This document shows positions 18,428 to 28,200 of a stretch of DNA of 32,000 nucleotides, piece after piece. Made by a program: the position numbers and the translations under genes. The stretch spans positions 2,580,001 to 2,612,000 of the forward strand of contig NC_010546.1 of assembly GCF_000017845.1 (NCBI RefSeq). Reading direction: 5' to 3'. The stretch comes from Crocosphaera subtropica ATCC 51142 (lineage in GTDB: Bacteria; Cyanobacteriota; Cyanobacteriia; Cyanobacteriales; Microcystaceae). Below the pieces are notes generated by a model. That model worked only from the letters and a program-made list of their open reading frames with translations, ran no database searches and had not been told where the DNA came from. Positions within the stretch are counted from its first letter, which is position 1. Each line of letters begins with the position of its first letter.

Positions 18428-18470
18428 AGAAAAGTTAAGTTTTCCAGGGTAATAAGTCCTTAACTTTTCT
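18428..18470. promoter_or_regulatory. Perfect 12-bp inverted repeat (hairpin or palindromic operator candidate)
   Basis: agaaaagttaag (18428-18439) and cttaacttttct (18459-18470) are exact reverse complements separated by 19 nt. The repeat lies in the 485-bp intergenic region between the divergent nrdG (from ATG 18282) and PEP-CTERM genes. Confidence 0.35.
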
Positions 18471-18767
18471 GTATCGACCCTAACCTGTAAAAATTTTATA
18501 ACGGTAATAACGTTAAAAAAGCACTCAAGGAGTTATACCCATGCAATTATCTTATGGTGTCAAGGTACTAATAAACCTAATGATTCTGAAAATACAACAA
18601 GTAATAATTTTTACCTAAATTATTGGTCTATATGGAAGATTAACATATAGCAAGATATTGACTAAATTAAAAACAATAAATATATGAAAAATATAATTAT
18701 GATAGGTCTATTTTTTATTTTTTATTGTTTTTCTCACTAACATAAGTTTAAGGAAAGAAAAATTAAA

Positions 18768-19442
18768 ATGAAATTAATAACTCAAGTTTTAACTTCTTGT
18801 TGCAGTGCTATGATTTTCTTTTTGATTAATCCAGAAATTGCTTTTGGTACATTACTAACTCAAACTCAAAGATTTATTAATACTGAGAATAATGTCGGTG
18901 AAGATTTGTTTGAGCAGTTTGATCAAACTTTAGGAATTTTGCAGGATGTTCGTTTAACATATAATTTTGACTATACGGCTATTTATAATTGTCCCAACCA
19001 GACTGGTTGTTCAATTAACTATTCAAGAGGATTGGATTTTTATTTTCCTAACTCTGATTCTATCGGTGATGGAGAAGTTACTGATAGACGATCTAATTCT
19101 ATTGGCCCTGTAACAGTTGCTGGAAATGGAATTGATAGTGTATTTATAAACATAAATAATATTGGTCGAGAAATCAGTCTGCTTGATTTTGATCTTCCTC
19201 TTTCTATTTTTATTGGTACAGGAAGAGTGGGTGAAGTTATTGGTAGTTCAACTTTTTCTATTGGTAATGGTGGCTCGATTATCAATCAAGTTTTTCTCAA
19301 TGATCTTACTCTTTCTTATGATTATATACCCTTACCTGACTCTGAACCTATTCCCACTCAAGTTCCTGAGCCTAGTTTTACGTCTGCATTATTGTTGGGA
19401 ATAGTTAGCTTAGGTATAGCAATTCGCCGTTCAGTTAAGTAA
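18768..19442 (+). CDS. PEP-CTERM sorting-domain secreted protein
   Basis: The N-terminal signal peptide is LTSCCSAMIFFLINPEIAFG. The C-terminus VPEPSFTSALLLGIVSLGIAIRRSVK shows PEP motif, TM helix and basic tail, which is the exosortase recognition signal. The RBS aaggaaag lies upstream. Confidence 0.8.
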   Translation: MKLITQVLTSCCSAMIFFLINPEIAFGTLLTQTQRFINTENNVGEDLFEQFDQTLGILQDVRLTYNFDYTAIYNCPNQTGCSINYSRGLDFYFPNSDSIGDGEVTDRRSNSIGPVTVAGNGIDSVFININNIGREISLLDFDLPLSIFIGTGRVGEVIGSSTFSIGNGGSIINQVFLNDLTLSYDYIPLPDSEPIPTQVPEPSFTSALLLGIVSLGIAIRRSVK

Positions 19443-19513
19443 ATTCAACTGTTCAATTTTTAATTGATATTTGTATCAAGAATTTAATTTTTCTTGTTCT
19501 TAGGAGGACAACA

Positions 19514-22500
19514 ATGGCTACTTTTTTGGTTACAACATTAATTGATGAAAATGATGGCGGTTTTGGAGGAACAGGACTTTCTTTGCGAGAAGCGATTATT
19601 CTAGCTAATAGCAATAATGATGCTGAAAATACCATTACTCTTTTACCCAGTATTCACACGCTGAGTCTTGCAGGTATCTTTGAAAATGCGTCTGAAACGG
19701 GAGATTTAGATATTCTTTCGGGAGGTATGGGTAAAGTCTTAAATATTGTTGGTACAAATGCAAATCAAACCATTATCGATGCTCAAGGAAGCGATCGCAT
19801 TTTTGAGGTACATTCAGGAGCAACCTTAAATCTTTCGGGTGTTACCTTGACGGGTGGTGTCATTCGGGCAGATTTAGGTAATGGAGGAATTGCAGAAATT
19901 ATTAACCAAGACGAGATATTTGAAGACTTAGGCGGTGGTGCTATATTAATTCAAGAAAATGGCAGCTTAAACTTAGATAACAGTACAATTTTTAATAATT
20001 TAACTGAATTAAATGGTTCATTTACTCTTTTTGGCAACTCAACGACCCCTGATCCTGGTGGGGGTGGCATCAACAACCGAGGAACGACCATTATCCGTAA
20101 TAGCACGATTTTAGGAAATACGGCATCTCTTGTGGATTTTGGAGGGGGAATTTCTAATCAAGGGACACTTAATATCAGTAATAGCACGATTTCGGGCAAT
20201 ACAACGGCTTTTAATGAAAATGGGGGGATTTTCAACCGAGGAGTGGCTACCATCGCCAATAGCACGTTTTCAGGTAATACGGGGGGAATTGAGAATTTTG
20301 GTAACTTTGCTACCCTCACCCTGAGTAATAGTATCGTTGCAAATAGTATACAAGGAGAAGATATTAAGACTAATAACGGACAAATTACGACAGAAGGGGT
20401 TAATTTAATCGAAGATGGCAGTTTAACGGGAGTTAATATTATCAATGCCGATCCTCGTTTGGCACCTTTGGCAAATAATGGCGGATTCACTCAAACTCAT
20501 GGGTTATTGTTCGATAGTCCCGCAATTAATGCCTCTGATTCGGGTTTAGACACAGATCAACGAGGTGTCTCTCGTCCTCAAGGTTCTGCTTTTGATTTAG
20601 GCGCATTTGAGTTTAATCAGCCAAATTTAGTAGTAGATACCCTTAATGATGAATTTGATGGAGATTTATCTGTAGGAGATGTATCTTTACGGGAAGCACT
20701 CTTTTTTACGCCAAATAACGGTATGATCAATTTTGCTTCTGAGTTAAGTGGGGGTACGATTACCCTAGCATTAGGACAGCTAACTATTAATCGTTCGCTC
20801 AATATCGTCGGGTTAGGTGCAAATAACCTGACGATTGATGCTAATAATAACTCCCGTGTTTTTAATATCGATAATAATAATAATTTATCTCAAATTCTTG
20901 TTCGTCTTGAAGGATTAACCATTACAGGAGGCAATGTCACAGGGTTAGGAGGCGGTATCCTCAACCGTGAAAATCTAACGGTGGTTAATAGTCATATTAC
21001 GGAAAATGTTGCTCTTGGTTCAACAACAGGCACAGGAGAAGGTGGAGGGATTAATAATGATGGTGGGATGTTACGAGTTGAAAATAGTACCCTAAGTAAT
21101 AATAGATCAACTCGCTTCAGTGGGGCAATTGATAACGATCGCGGTACGGCAACTATCCTCAATAGCACGATTTCTGGTAACAGTTCTAACCTTTTCGGTG
21201 GCATTGCGACTAACCAAGGTACAACTACCATCAGCAACAGTACCATTACCAATAATGACGGAAATGGCTCAGGTAATGGTTTATTTAACGGTTCAGGTAG
21301 TACCACCACCCTCACTAGCAGTATTGTCGCAGGGAATGGCAATAATAGCGATGTCGGAAGTCTCGTGTCTTTTACCAGTGGGGGAAATAATCTCATTGGC
21401 AATGGAACCGGAGCAACAGGTTTCACTCACGGTGTTAACGGGGATGTTGTGGGGACATCTGAGAATCCAATTAACCCAAAATTAGGAGAATTAAGAGATA
21501 ATGGCGGATCTACCCCGACTCATGACCTATTAACTCGTAGTTTAGCCTTTAATAACGGTAGTAATCCCTTAAACTTAAGCAATGATCAACGGGGAATTGA
21601 TCGAGAAATTGGACAAACGGATATTGGTGCAGTAGAAGATAATTCAGTCATTTTCGTCACGAATACGAATGATAATGGCGTAGGTTCTCTCCGACAAGCA
21701 ATTATTAATGCAAACGCCAGAAATGGAACAGATATCATTCTTTTTGCCGATAATTTAGCTGGTGCAACCATTAACTTAACCAGTGGAGGCTTAAATATTA
21801 CAGATGATATCTATATTCAAGGATTAGGGGCAAATCAGCTAAAAATTAACGGAAATAATAGCTTTCGCATTTTTAATATCAATGACGGTAATAATAGCCA
21901 AAATTTAGCGGTAATTGTTGAAGGATTAACCCTTGAAAATGGACGGAGTAACAATGGAGGAGCAATTTTTAATCGAGAAAATCTCACCTTGCTCAATACT
22001 GCCTTGAATAATAACGTTGCGACTCGTAATGGAGCAGGCATTTTTAACCAGGGAAATCTTAGCCTTTTTAATAGTACCTTGGCAAATAATCAAGCAAGTA
22101 ATCTAGGCGGAGGGATTTTTAATGGAAATGGCACAATAAAGCTAATAAATACCACGTTATCGGGTAATTCTGCCATTAATGATGGGGGTGCTATTCTCAG
22201 TAATCGAGGAACGGTAGAATTATTGAATGCAACCATCGCTAATAATACCGCTAATAATATCGGGGGAGTTGCCAGCCGAAACGGTGCAACCATTAGAGTA
22301 GGAAACAGTTTAATTGCGACGAATAACGGCAATACCAATGATAGAGATATCGGTGGCTCAGGTTTTAGCAGTTTAGGGCATAATTTAATTGGAAATGGTA
22401 ATAATACCGCAGGTTTTAGCAATGGGGTTAAGGGTGACTTAGTGGGTTCATCATCCAATGTTCTTGCTCCCTTGATTGCACCTTTAGCCGATAATGGAGG

Positions 22501-24700
22501 AGAAACTTTAACCCATGCCTTAATCTTAGGAAGTCGTGCTATTAATGGGGGAAATGCTGCTATTTTACCCAGTGATTCGGAAGATTTAGACCAAGATGGC
22601 AACTTAATCGAATCTTTGCCCTTAGATCAGCGAGAATTTGCCCGTATTCAAAATGATTTCCTTGATATTGGGGCATTAGAATCAAATCTGGATAATCGTT
22701 CTTTGGTCAGTTTACAAGCAACCAATACCACAATAGCGGAAAATAGTCAAGAAATTGCAATTTACACCCTAACTCGTACCAATCCTTTTGAAGCATTAAC
22801 CGTCAATTTAAGCTTAGATCCAGTCAATACTGCTGTTTTTAATGAAGATTATACCTTAGTTCTTAACGGGGTAGAAATTGCGCCCATTAACGGCAATTTT
22901 AGCTTAACCTTTGCCCAAGGTGAAACCACCTTAACCCTAAATCTCATTCCTATTAATGAAACCCTTAGCGAAGATTCTGAAAGCATAACCCTAAATTTAG
23001 CGTCTTCTAGTCAGTATTTAATTGATTCTGCCAATAATACCGCGACCGTCACCATTACTGATACTGATGTCGCCACAGGGACACCTGTCACTGCGCCTCC
23101 TCTCCATACTGTTGATGTCGGTTTTAACAGTATTCCTACCTTTATCGACGAAAATAATGACGGTGATCTCGATTTCTTTGTTGGAGCAGGTGATGGCACT
23201 GTTGCAGTCGCTCATAATCAAGGTAGCGCAACAGATCCCGACTTTGCCAATCCGATTATTATTCGAGATGTGGGAAACGACAGCGCACCCACCTTTGCAG
23301 ATATTGATGGGGACGGTGATCAAGATTTATTCGTTGGGGACACCTTTGGGCGAATTCACTATTATCGTAACCGAGGAAGCGTCAATGGGGCGAGTTTTGA
23401 CCCTCCTGTGATAAATCCTTTTGGTATCGGTGGAAATGGCGGTTTAGCAAAGCCAGACTTAGCAGATATTGATGGAGATGGGGATCACGACTTATTTGTC
23501 GGGAATGCGACAGGAAATATCTTATTCTATCGGAATACAGGCACTCGGACGAATCCCATTTTTACCCGTAGTAATGATAATCCCTTTGGCTTAGTTGCGG
23601 TTGTGGGTTCGGCAGCCCCTCACTTTGTTGATGTGGGCAACGATGGTGATTTTGATGCGTTTATTGGGGCATCTGACGGTATCACTCGTTATTTTGAGAA
23701 TATTGGCACCCCAACTAATCCTAACTTTATTGAGGGTTCTCTTTCTTTACCTGCTGTGGATAATAATGCGACTCCCTTTTTGGCTGATATCAATGGTGAT
23801 GGTTTGCTTGATGGGTTTATCGGTTCAGATAATGGTACGATTCGCTTTGTTAATGGGGTGGTTCAAGGGGGAAATTATCCTGTTCCTGTTTATTTAGGGG
23901 ATGGAACGATTATTTTAGGGGGTTTTCGAGGGGTCGGGACAGAAAATAACCCGATATTGAATTCTAATATTGTCGATGAATTACATTTTTTTGGGGAAGG
24001 GTTAACCGCAGACAATCTCTTATTAACCCAGGAAGGGGAAGACTTGAGGGTTCACTTTGAGAGTATTCAGGAGACAGAGGTTATTTTAAGAAGCTTTGAC
24101 CTGGAAAATTTTGATAATTTAGGTAATGGTATCGGAAATATTCTCTTTGACGGTGAGATAGAGATTCAAGATAGTTTTGATGTTTTTGATAGCAATTCCC
24201 GACAAAATCGGGTTTTTAACCGCAATACCGTGACCTTTCTCAATGATTTAGATAACAAGGTTCGAGGTTTTCATAACTCTGATGATGTTATTAATGCACA
24301 AGGGGGAAATGACCTCATTAGAGGACTTAGTGGAGATGATTTGCTACGGGGTGGTGGCGGAAATGATACTCTTATAGGAAATCGAGGTGATGATATCCTT
24401 GTGGGTGGAGTCGGTAGCGATGTTTTGCTTGGGGGTCGTGGCGAGGATATCTTTCGTTTTGGGGATGATATCTTTCAAGACGGACTGTCCGATAGAGATG
24501 TTATTCGAGGCTTTCAAAGGGGTGATTCCTTCGATTTTAGTGAATACCTACAAGTTGGCGGACAAATTAGCTTTACTCGTCATCAACGCACTTTAATGGT
24601 TAATCTCAGTAATGAGGATTCAGTGATTGTTAGGGGTGATCTTGATGCTGCCGAACAGGAACTTTTAACACTCAGTGCCCCTATCAGTGTAGTCGTTTAA
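19514..24700 (+). CDS. Giant (1728 aa) secreted multi-domain protein: 3 tandem right-handed beta-helix modules, a Calx-beta-like domain, FG-GAP/VCBS repeats and C-terminal RTX nonapeptide repeats (probable T1SS substrate / adhesin)
   Basis: A strong SD (aggagg, 19502-19507) precedes the start and there is no N-terminal signal peptide. The three modules (aa ~1, ~372, ~713) each open with a (V/T)xTxxDxxxGSLR(E/Q)AI-type segment. Each continues with NSTISGN-type beta-helix turns and ends with DQRGxxR...D(I/L)GAxE. The Calx-beta-like segment spans ~22700-23070. Five D-x-(D/N)-G-D-x-D...FxG...G repeats lie at ~23140-23850. The RTX repeats GGNDLIRGLSGDDLLRGGGGNDTLIGNRGDDILVGGVGSDVLLGGRGED lie at ~24295-24465. 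Confidence 0.9.
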   Translation: MATFLVTTLIDENDGGFGGTGLSLREAIILANSNNDAENTITLLPSIHTLSLAGIFENASETGDLDILSGGMGKVLNIVGTNANQTIIDAQGSDRIFEVHSGATLNLSGVTLTGGVIRADLGNGGIAEIINQDEIFEDLGGGAILIQENGSLNLDNSTIFNNLTELNGSFTLFGNSTTPDPGGGGINNRGTTIIRNSTILGNTASLVDFGGGISNQGTLNISNSTISGNTTAFNENGGIFNRGVATIANSTFSGNTGGIENFGNFATLTLSNSIVANSIQGEDIKTNNGQITTEGVNLIEDGSLTGVNIINADPRLAPLANNGGFTQTHGLLFDSPAINASDSGLDTDQRGVSRPQGSAFDLGAFEFNQPNLVVDTLNDEFDGDLSVGDVSLREALFFTPNNGMINFASELSGGTITLALGQLTINRSLNIVGLGANNLTIDANNNSRVFNIDNNNNLSQILVRLEGLTITGGNVTGLGGGILNRENLTVVNSHITENVALGSTTGTGEGGGINNDGGMLRVENSTLSNNRSTRFSGAIDNDRGTATILNSTISGNSSNLFGGIATNQGTTTISNSTITNNDGNGSGNGLFNGSGSTTTLTSSIVAGNGNNSDVGSLVSFTSGGNNLIGNGTGATGFTHGVNGDVVGTSENPINPKLGELRDNGGSTPTHDLLTRSLAFNNGSNPLNLSNDQRGIDREIGQTDIGAVEDNSVIFVTNTNDNGVGSLRQAIINANARNGTDIILFADNLAGATINLTSGGLNITDDIYIQGLGANQLKINGNNSFRIFNINDGNNSQNLAVIVEGLTLENGRSNNGGAIFNRENLTLLNTALNNNVATRNGAGIFNQGNLSLFNSTLANNQASNLGGGIFNGNGTIKLINTTLSGNSAINDGGAILSNRGTVELLNATIANNTANNIGGVASRNGATIRVGNSLIATNNGNTNDRDIGGSGFSSLGHNLIGNGNNTAGFSNGVKGDLVGSSSNVLAPLIAPLADNGGETLTHALILGSRAINGGNAAILPSDSEDLDQDGNLIESLPLDQREFARIQNDFLDIGALESNLDNRSLVSLQATNTTIAENSQEIAIYTLTRTNPFEALTVNLSLDPVNTAVFNEDYTLVLNGVEIAPINGNFSLTFAQGETTLTLNLIPINETLSEDSESITLNLASSSQYLIDSANNTATVTITDTDVATGTPVTAPPLHTVDVGFNSIPTFIDENNDGDLDFFVGAGDGTVAVAHNQGSATDPDFANPIIIRDVGNDSAPTFADIDGDGDQDLFVGDTFGRIHYYRNRGSVNGASFDPPVINPFGIGGNGGLAKPDLADIDGDGDHDLFVGNATGNILFYRNTGTRTNPIFTRSNDNPFGLVAVVGSAAPHFVDVGNDGDFDAFIGASDGITRYFENIGTPTNPNFIEGSLSLPAVDNNATPFLADINGDGLLDGFIGSDNGTIRFVNGVVQGGNYPVPVYLGDGTIILGGFRGVGTENNPILNSNIVDELHFFGEGLTADNLLLTQEGEDLRVHFESIQETEVILRSFDLENFDNLGNGIGNILFDGEIEIQDSFDVFDSNSRQNRVFNRNTVTFLNDLDNKVRGFHNSDDVINAQGGNDLIRGLSGDDLLRGGGGNDTLIGNRGDDILVGGVGSDVLLGGRGEDIFRFGDDIFQDGLSDRDVIRGFQRGDSFDFSEYLQVGGQISFTRHQRTLMVNLSNEDSVIVRGDLDAAEQELLTLSAPISVVV

Positions 24701-24723
24701 CTAACATCTTGCACCTTCGATAA

Positions 24724-24914
24724 CGTGAGTTCAGTGTTAGGAGTTCGGAGTGCGACTGCGTCGTGCTACGCAACGGAGTTAGAATTTTTTTAAGGAGGGA
24801 ATCAGGGTTTGAGACTTCTTGTTGGTTGTCCGTTTTCCATAGATTTTCCACTCAATTGAAAATCGCTGTAAGTCCTGGTTATGGTGCAAGATATGAGTTA
24901 ACACCGAACTCAAG
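24724..24914. mobile_element. MITE-like non-autonomous repeat, long copy (~191 bp), same family as 10334..10443
   Basis: It shares tgagttcag(g/t)gttaggagtt and the 65-nt core (24781-24845) with copy 1. The ends are tgagttc (24726-24732) and gaactca (24906-24912), which are inverted. Relative to copy 1 it carries a 29-bp GC-rich insert (24746-24774) flanked by duplicated ggagtt, plus ~60 extra nt near the right end. It lies between the convergent 3' ends of the giant gene and the small membrane-protein gene. Confidence 0.6.
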
Positions 24915-24918
24915 TTTA

Positions 24919-25140
24919 TTACTTCCAAGAATCAACATCACCATATTCCTCATCTCTGAGTTTCTTTTGTTGTTGAACCGATTCTTGAAAAGCCCCAATA
25001 GCAAAGCCAACTGCGGCACCGCCAAAAAGTAGAATTTTTCTTCGTTCTTCTCTGCCTGATATTTGGGTCACAGCTAAACCGAACATGGCACCAATTAAAG
25101 CCGTTATAATGCCAGCAAAAATGACTTTTCTAATGTTCAT
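24919..25140 (-). CDS. Small (73 aa) two-helix Gly-zipper membrane protein, unknown function
   Basis: I prefer the internal Met of the 99-aa track ORF: MNIRKVIFAGIITALIGAMFGLAVTQISGREERRKILLFGGAAVGFAIGAFQ... It has two Gly/Ala-rich hydrophobic helices and a charged tail. A ggaag RBS-like element lies ~10 nt upstream. The gene is 148 nt downstream of the RND gene on the same strand. Confidence 0.45.
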   Translation of the reverse strand: MNIRKVIFAGIITALIGAMFGLAVTQISGREERRKILLFGGAAVGFAIGAFQESVQQQKKLRDEEYGDVDSWK

Positions 25141-25287
25141 AATGGTTATCTTCCTATTTAGGTAAAAGAAATAATTAATAAAATGATTGTCCCAACAAAA
25201 AGAATGTGATTCATCCAATCGTTAAATGTCCAATTTTTAAACATTTTTTATTGACTCCATTTTTAAATCGTCCATAGGTGATCCTTA

Positions 25288-28200
25288 TTACTCCCCTTGA
25301 GAAGAAATACGATAAACTGGAGTTTGTTCCTCCTCTGGTGCCGTAGGAGAGGGTTGATTACCGTTTCCGTGACCATTTCCACCATCGCCAGGAGGGGTTC
25401 CATCATCGCCACCGAGAACATATTTTTCAAAGTTTTTGATGACAATATAGAGAATAGGAACTAACACCAAACTTAACACCGTTGCCAGGGCCAAACCTCC
25501 AAAAATAGCCGTTCCCAAAGACCAACGACTCACCGCACCCACACTCGAAGCAGCTAATAAAGGAGCAAACCCCACCAGGGAAGACACTGCTGTCATTAAA
25601 ATAGGTCGTAACCGTTGTTCGGATGCACTGATGGCCGCTTGGGTGATACTCATCCCTAGATCACGGGACTGGTTAGCAAATTCTACAATTAGAATCGCAT
25701 TCTTAGCAGCTAACCCGATTAACATCACTAACGCTACCTGAGCATACATATTATTATTCAAGACCGGCCAGATACCATTACCAGGGTTAAAAGGGGCAGT
25801 TTGCACAAAAGTGACTCGTAACCAAATCATCCCCAATGCCCCTAAAATAGCCAACGGAACCGTTAAGAGGATGATGGTGGGGTCAATATAGCTTTCGTAT
25901 TGGGCGGCTAAGACTAGAAATACCATGACAAAGGCTAAGCCAAAGACAATGGGGGCTGCTCCTGCGGAGCTTTGTTCTTCAGCCGCTGTATTGGTCCAAG
26001 AATAGCCGAAACCAGGCTGTAGTGTCTCCTGGGCCACTGCTTCCATTGCTTGAATCACCTGACCAGAACTATAACCCTGTGCCGGAGACGCAATGAGTTT
26101 AATGGCCGGAAACGTCTTGTAACGGGTGAGAATGGGAGGATAAGTCGTGGTTTCGGTACTGACTAAGTTACTGAGTTGAACCATCGCTCCTTCTCTTGAT
26201 CGCACATATAAACGACCAATATCTTGAGGGTTAGAGCGATCTTGTGCCGTTGCTTGGGCATAAACCCGATAAAGACGACCTTCAAAAACGAATTGATTGA
26301 CAAAATTAGAGCCAATATAAGTCTGTAAGGTTCTTAAAATACTATCAATATCAACATTTTGCGCTTTGGCCTTTTCTCGGTCAATGGATAAACTCATCAA
26401 GGGACTATTAAAGGTAAAGGTGGTAAAGGTTTGTCCAATTTCTGGCCGTTGATTAGCGGCCGTTATCACCCGTTGTACATTATCGATCAACGCATCCATT
26501 CCTTTTAACTGACGGTCTTGAATAAAGATTTCTGACCCGTCAAAGTTACTTAAACCGTCCACAGGAGGAGCATTGGTGGCAAACACTCTAGCCCCAGATA
26601 TGTTTTGAGCAAATTGTCGATTCAAATTTTGAATGATGCCAAAGGCTGATTTTTTCGGGCCGGGCCGTTCTTCCCAAGGCTTTAATTTAACAAAGGTAAG
26701 AGACTTATTCGCATTTCTCCCTTCAAAGGAAAAACCCGTTAAATTAATCACATGGTCTAGGGTTTGCTCCGCATTATCCATGTTTTGAATAATGTCAGTT
26801 ACTTGCCGATCGATCGCCTGGGTATAATTGAGGGAAACCCCCGGCGGTGCATCAACTAAAGCGAAGAAATAGCCTTGATCTTCTGCTGGAATAAAGCCGG
26901 ATGGCATGGTGGTATAGATCCAACCGGTGGCCACTAACCCCCCAATAAATAAGGCCATAATGATAATTCGGATACGGGTTAAAAAATTAATAAAACCCCG
27001 ATATGCTTCTCGAATGACATCAAACCCTTGGTTAAACCAGCGAAAAAAGACCGCTAAGGGGCCATGTTTTTCTTCCGGTGGCCCCAATAAAATGGCCGAC
27101 ATGGTAGGGGAGAAGGTTAAAGCGTTGAAGGTGGAAAATAAAACAGCAAAGATGATAGTTAGGGCAAATTGTCGATAAACGATGCCGGTGGTACCTGGAA
27201 AGAAACAAACGGGAATAAATACCGCCATCAATACCACAGAAGTGGAAATCGTCGCCCCAAACAGTTCGTCCATAGCATCCATCGCTGCTTGGGTAGGGCG
27301 CATTCCTTGGGCTAATTTACTCGAAACTGCCTCTACAATAACGATGCCATCATCTACCACCAAACCAGTGGCCAATACACAAGCAAAGAGACTTAACTGG
27401 TTGAGGGTAAAGCCAAAGGCATTTAAACCGATCATCGCCCCTACCAATGCCACCGGAATGGCAATTCCTGGAATGATAGTGGTTCGCCAGTCTTGGAGGA
27501 ACACAAAGATCACCAATACCACTAAGGCGATCGCCTGGAGTAAAGTGATGCTTAAATCGTTAAGAGACGCATTCACAAATAAGGTATTATCTAAACCGAT
27601 GACCACTTTCAAGCCAGGGGGAAAATTCGGCTCTAATTCTGCCATTTTGGCCTTCGCTGCATCGGCGGTTTCTAGGGCATTACTGCCGGGTAACTGATAA
27701 ATTAAAAAAGCGACCCCTGTGAAGCCATCGACGTTAACCACGGTGTCATAGTTTTCCATGCCTAATTCTGCGTACCCCACATCCCCAATGCGGATCAAAG
27801 TACCATCGTTCCCTACTTTGACCACCATATCTTCTGCTTCTGCAACGGTTTGAAACCGTCCTTGCACCCGTAGGGGGAGTTCAAACTGTTGTTCGGGTGG
27901 GGCGGGTTGTTGTCCAATTCTTCCTACACCGACATCAAAGTTCTGTTCATTGATCACACCGACAACATCTAAAGCGGTTAGTCCCCTAGCGGCTAATTTA
28001 TCGGGATCAAGCCATATTCTCATGGCATAGTTGGCCCCCCCAAATAAACCCACCGATCCCACCCCTGGCAACCCTTTCATCTCATTCCAGACGTAACGAT
28101 CAACATAGTTATAAATAAAGGTTTTATCATAGAGGGGTTGACCGTCTGGCCCATTTTCGGCATAAAATCCATACACTAGGGTTAAACTGGGGGATTGGGT

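Noticed and set aside
20130-23897. Many 60-170-aa ORFs in other frames or antisense inside the giant gene (20158..20490-, 20992..21426-, 21120..21485+, 22090..22602-, 23018..23323-, 23022..23411+, 23595..23897+)
   Set aside because: All lie entirely within a 5.2-kb ORF that has strong, continuous domain signatures. Their translations are Pro/Leu/Val-rich low-complexity strings typical of off-frame readings of Gly/Asn/Thr-rich repeats. None has an RBS or motifs.
24763-25032. 89-aa + strand ORF downstream of the giant gene
   Set aside because: It starts inside MITE copy 2 and runs antisense into the small membrane-protein gene. Its N-terminal half is just a translation of the repeat core, which is also present (non-coding) at 10358-10422.
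26927-27697. Antisense ORFs 26927..27178+ and 27182..27697+ (83 and 171 aa) within the RND gene
   Set aside because: They are embedded opposite a highly conserved AcrB-type CDS, and they are stop-free only because of the relatively GC-rich codon usage there. There are no recognisable motifs.
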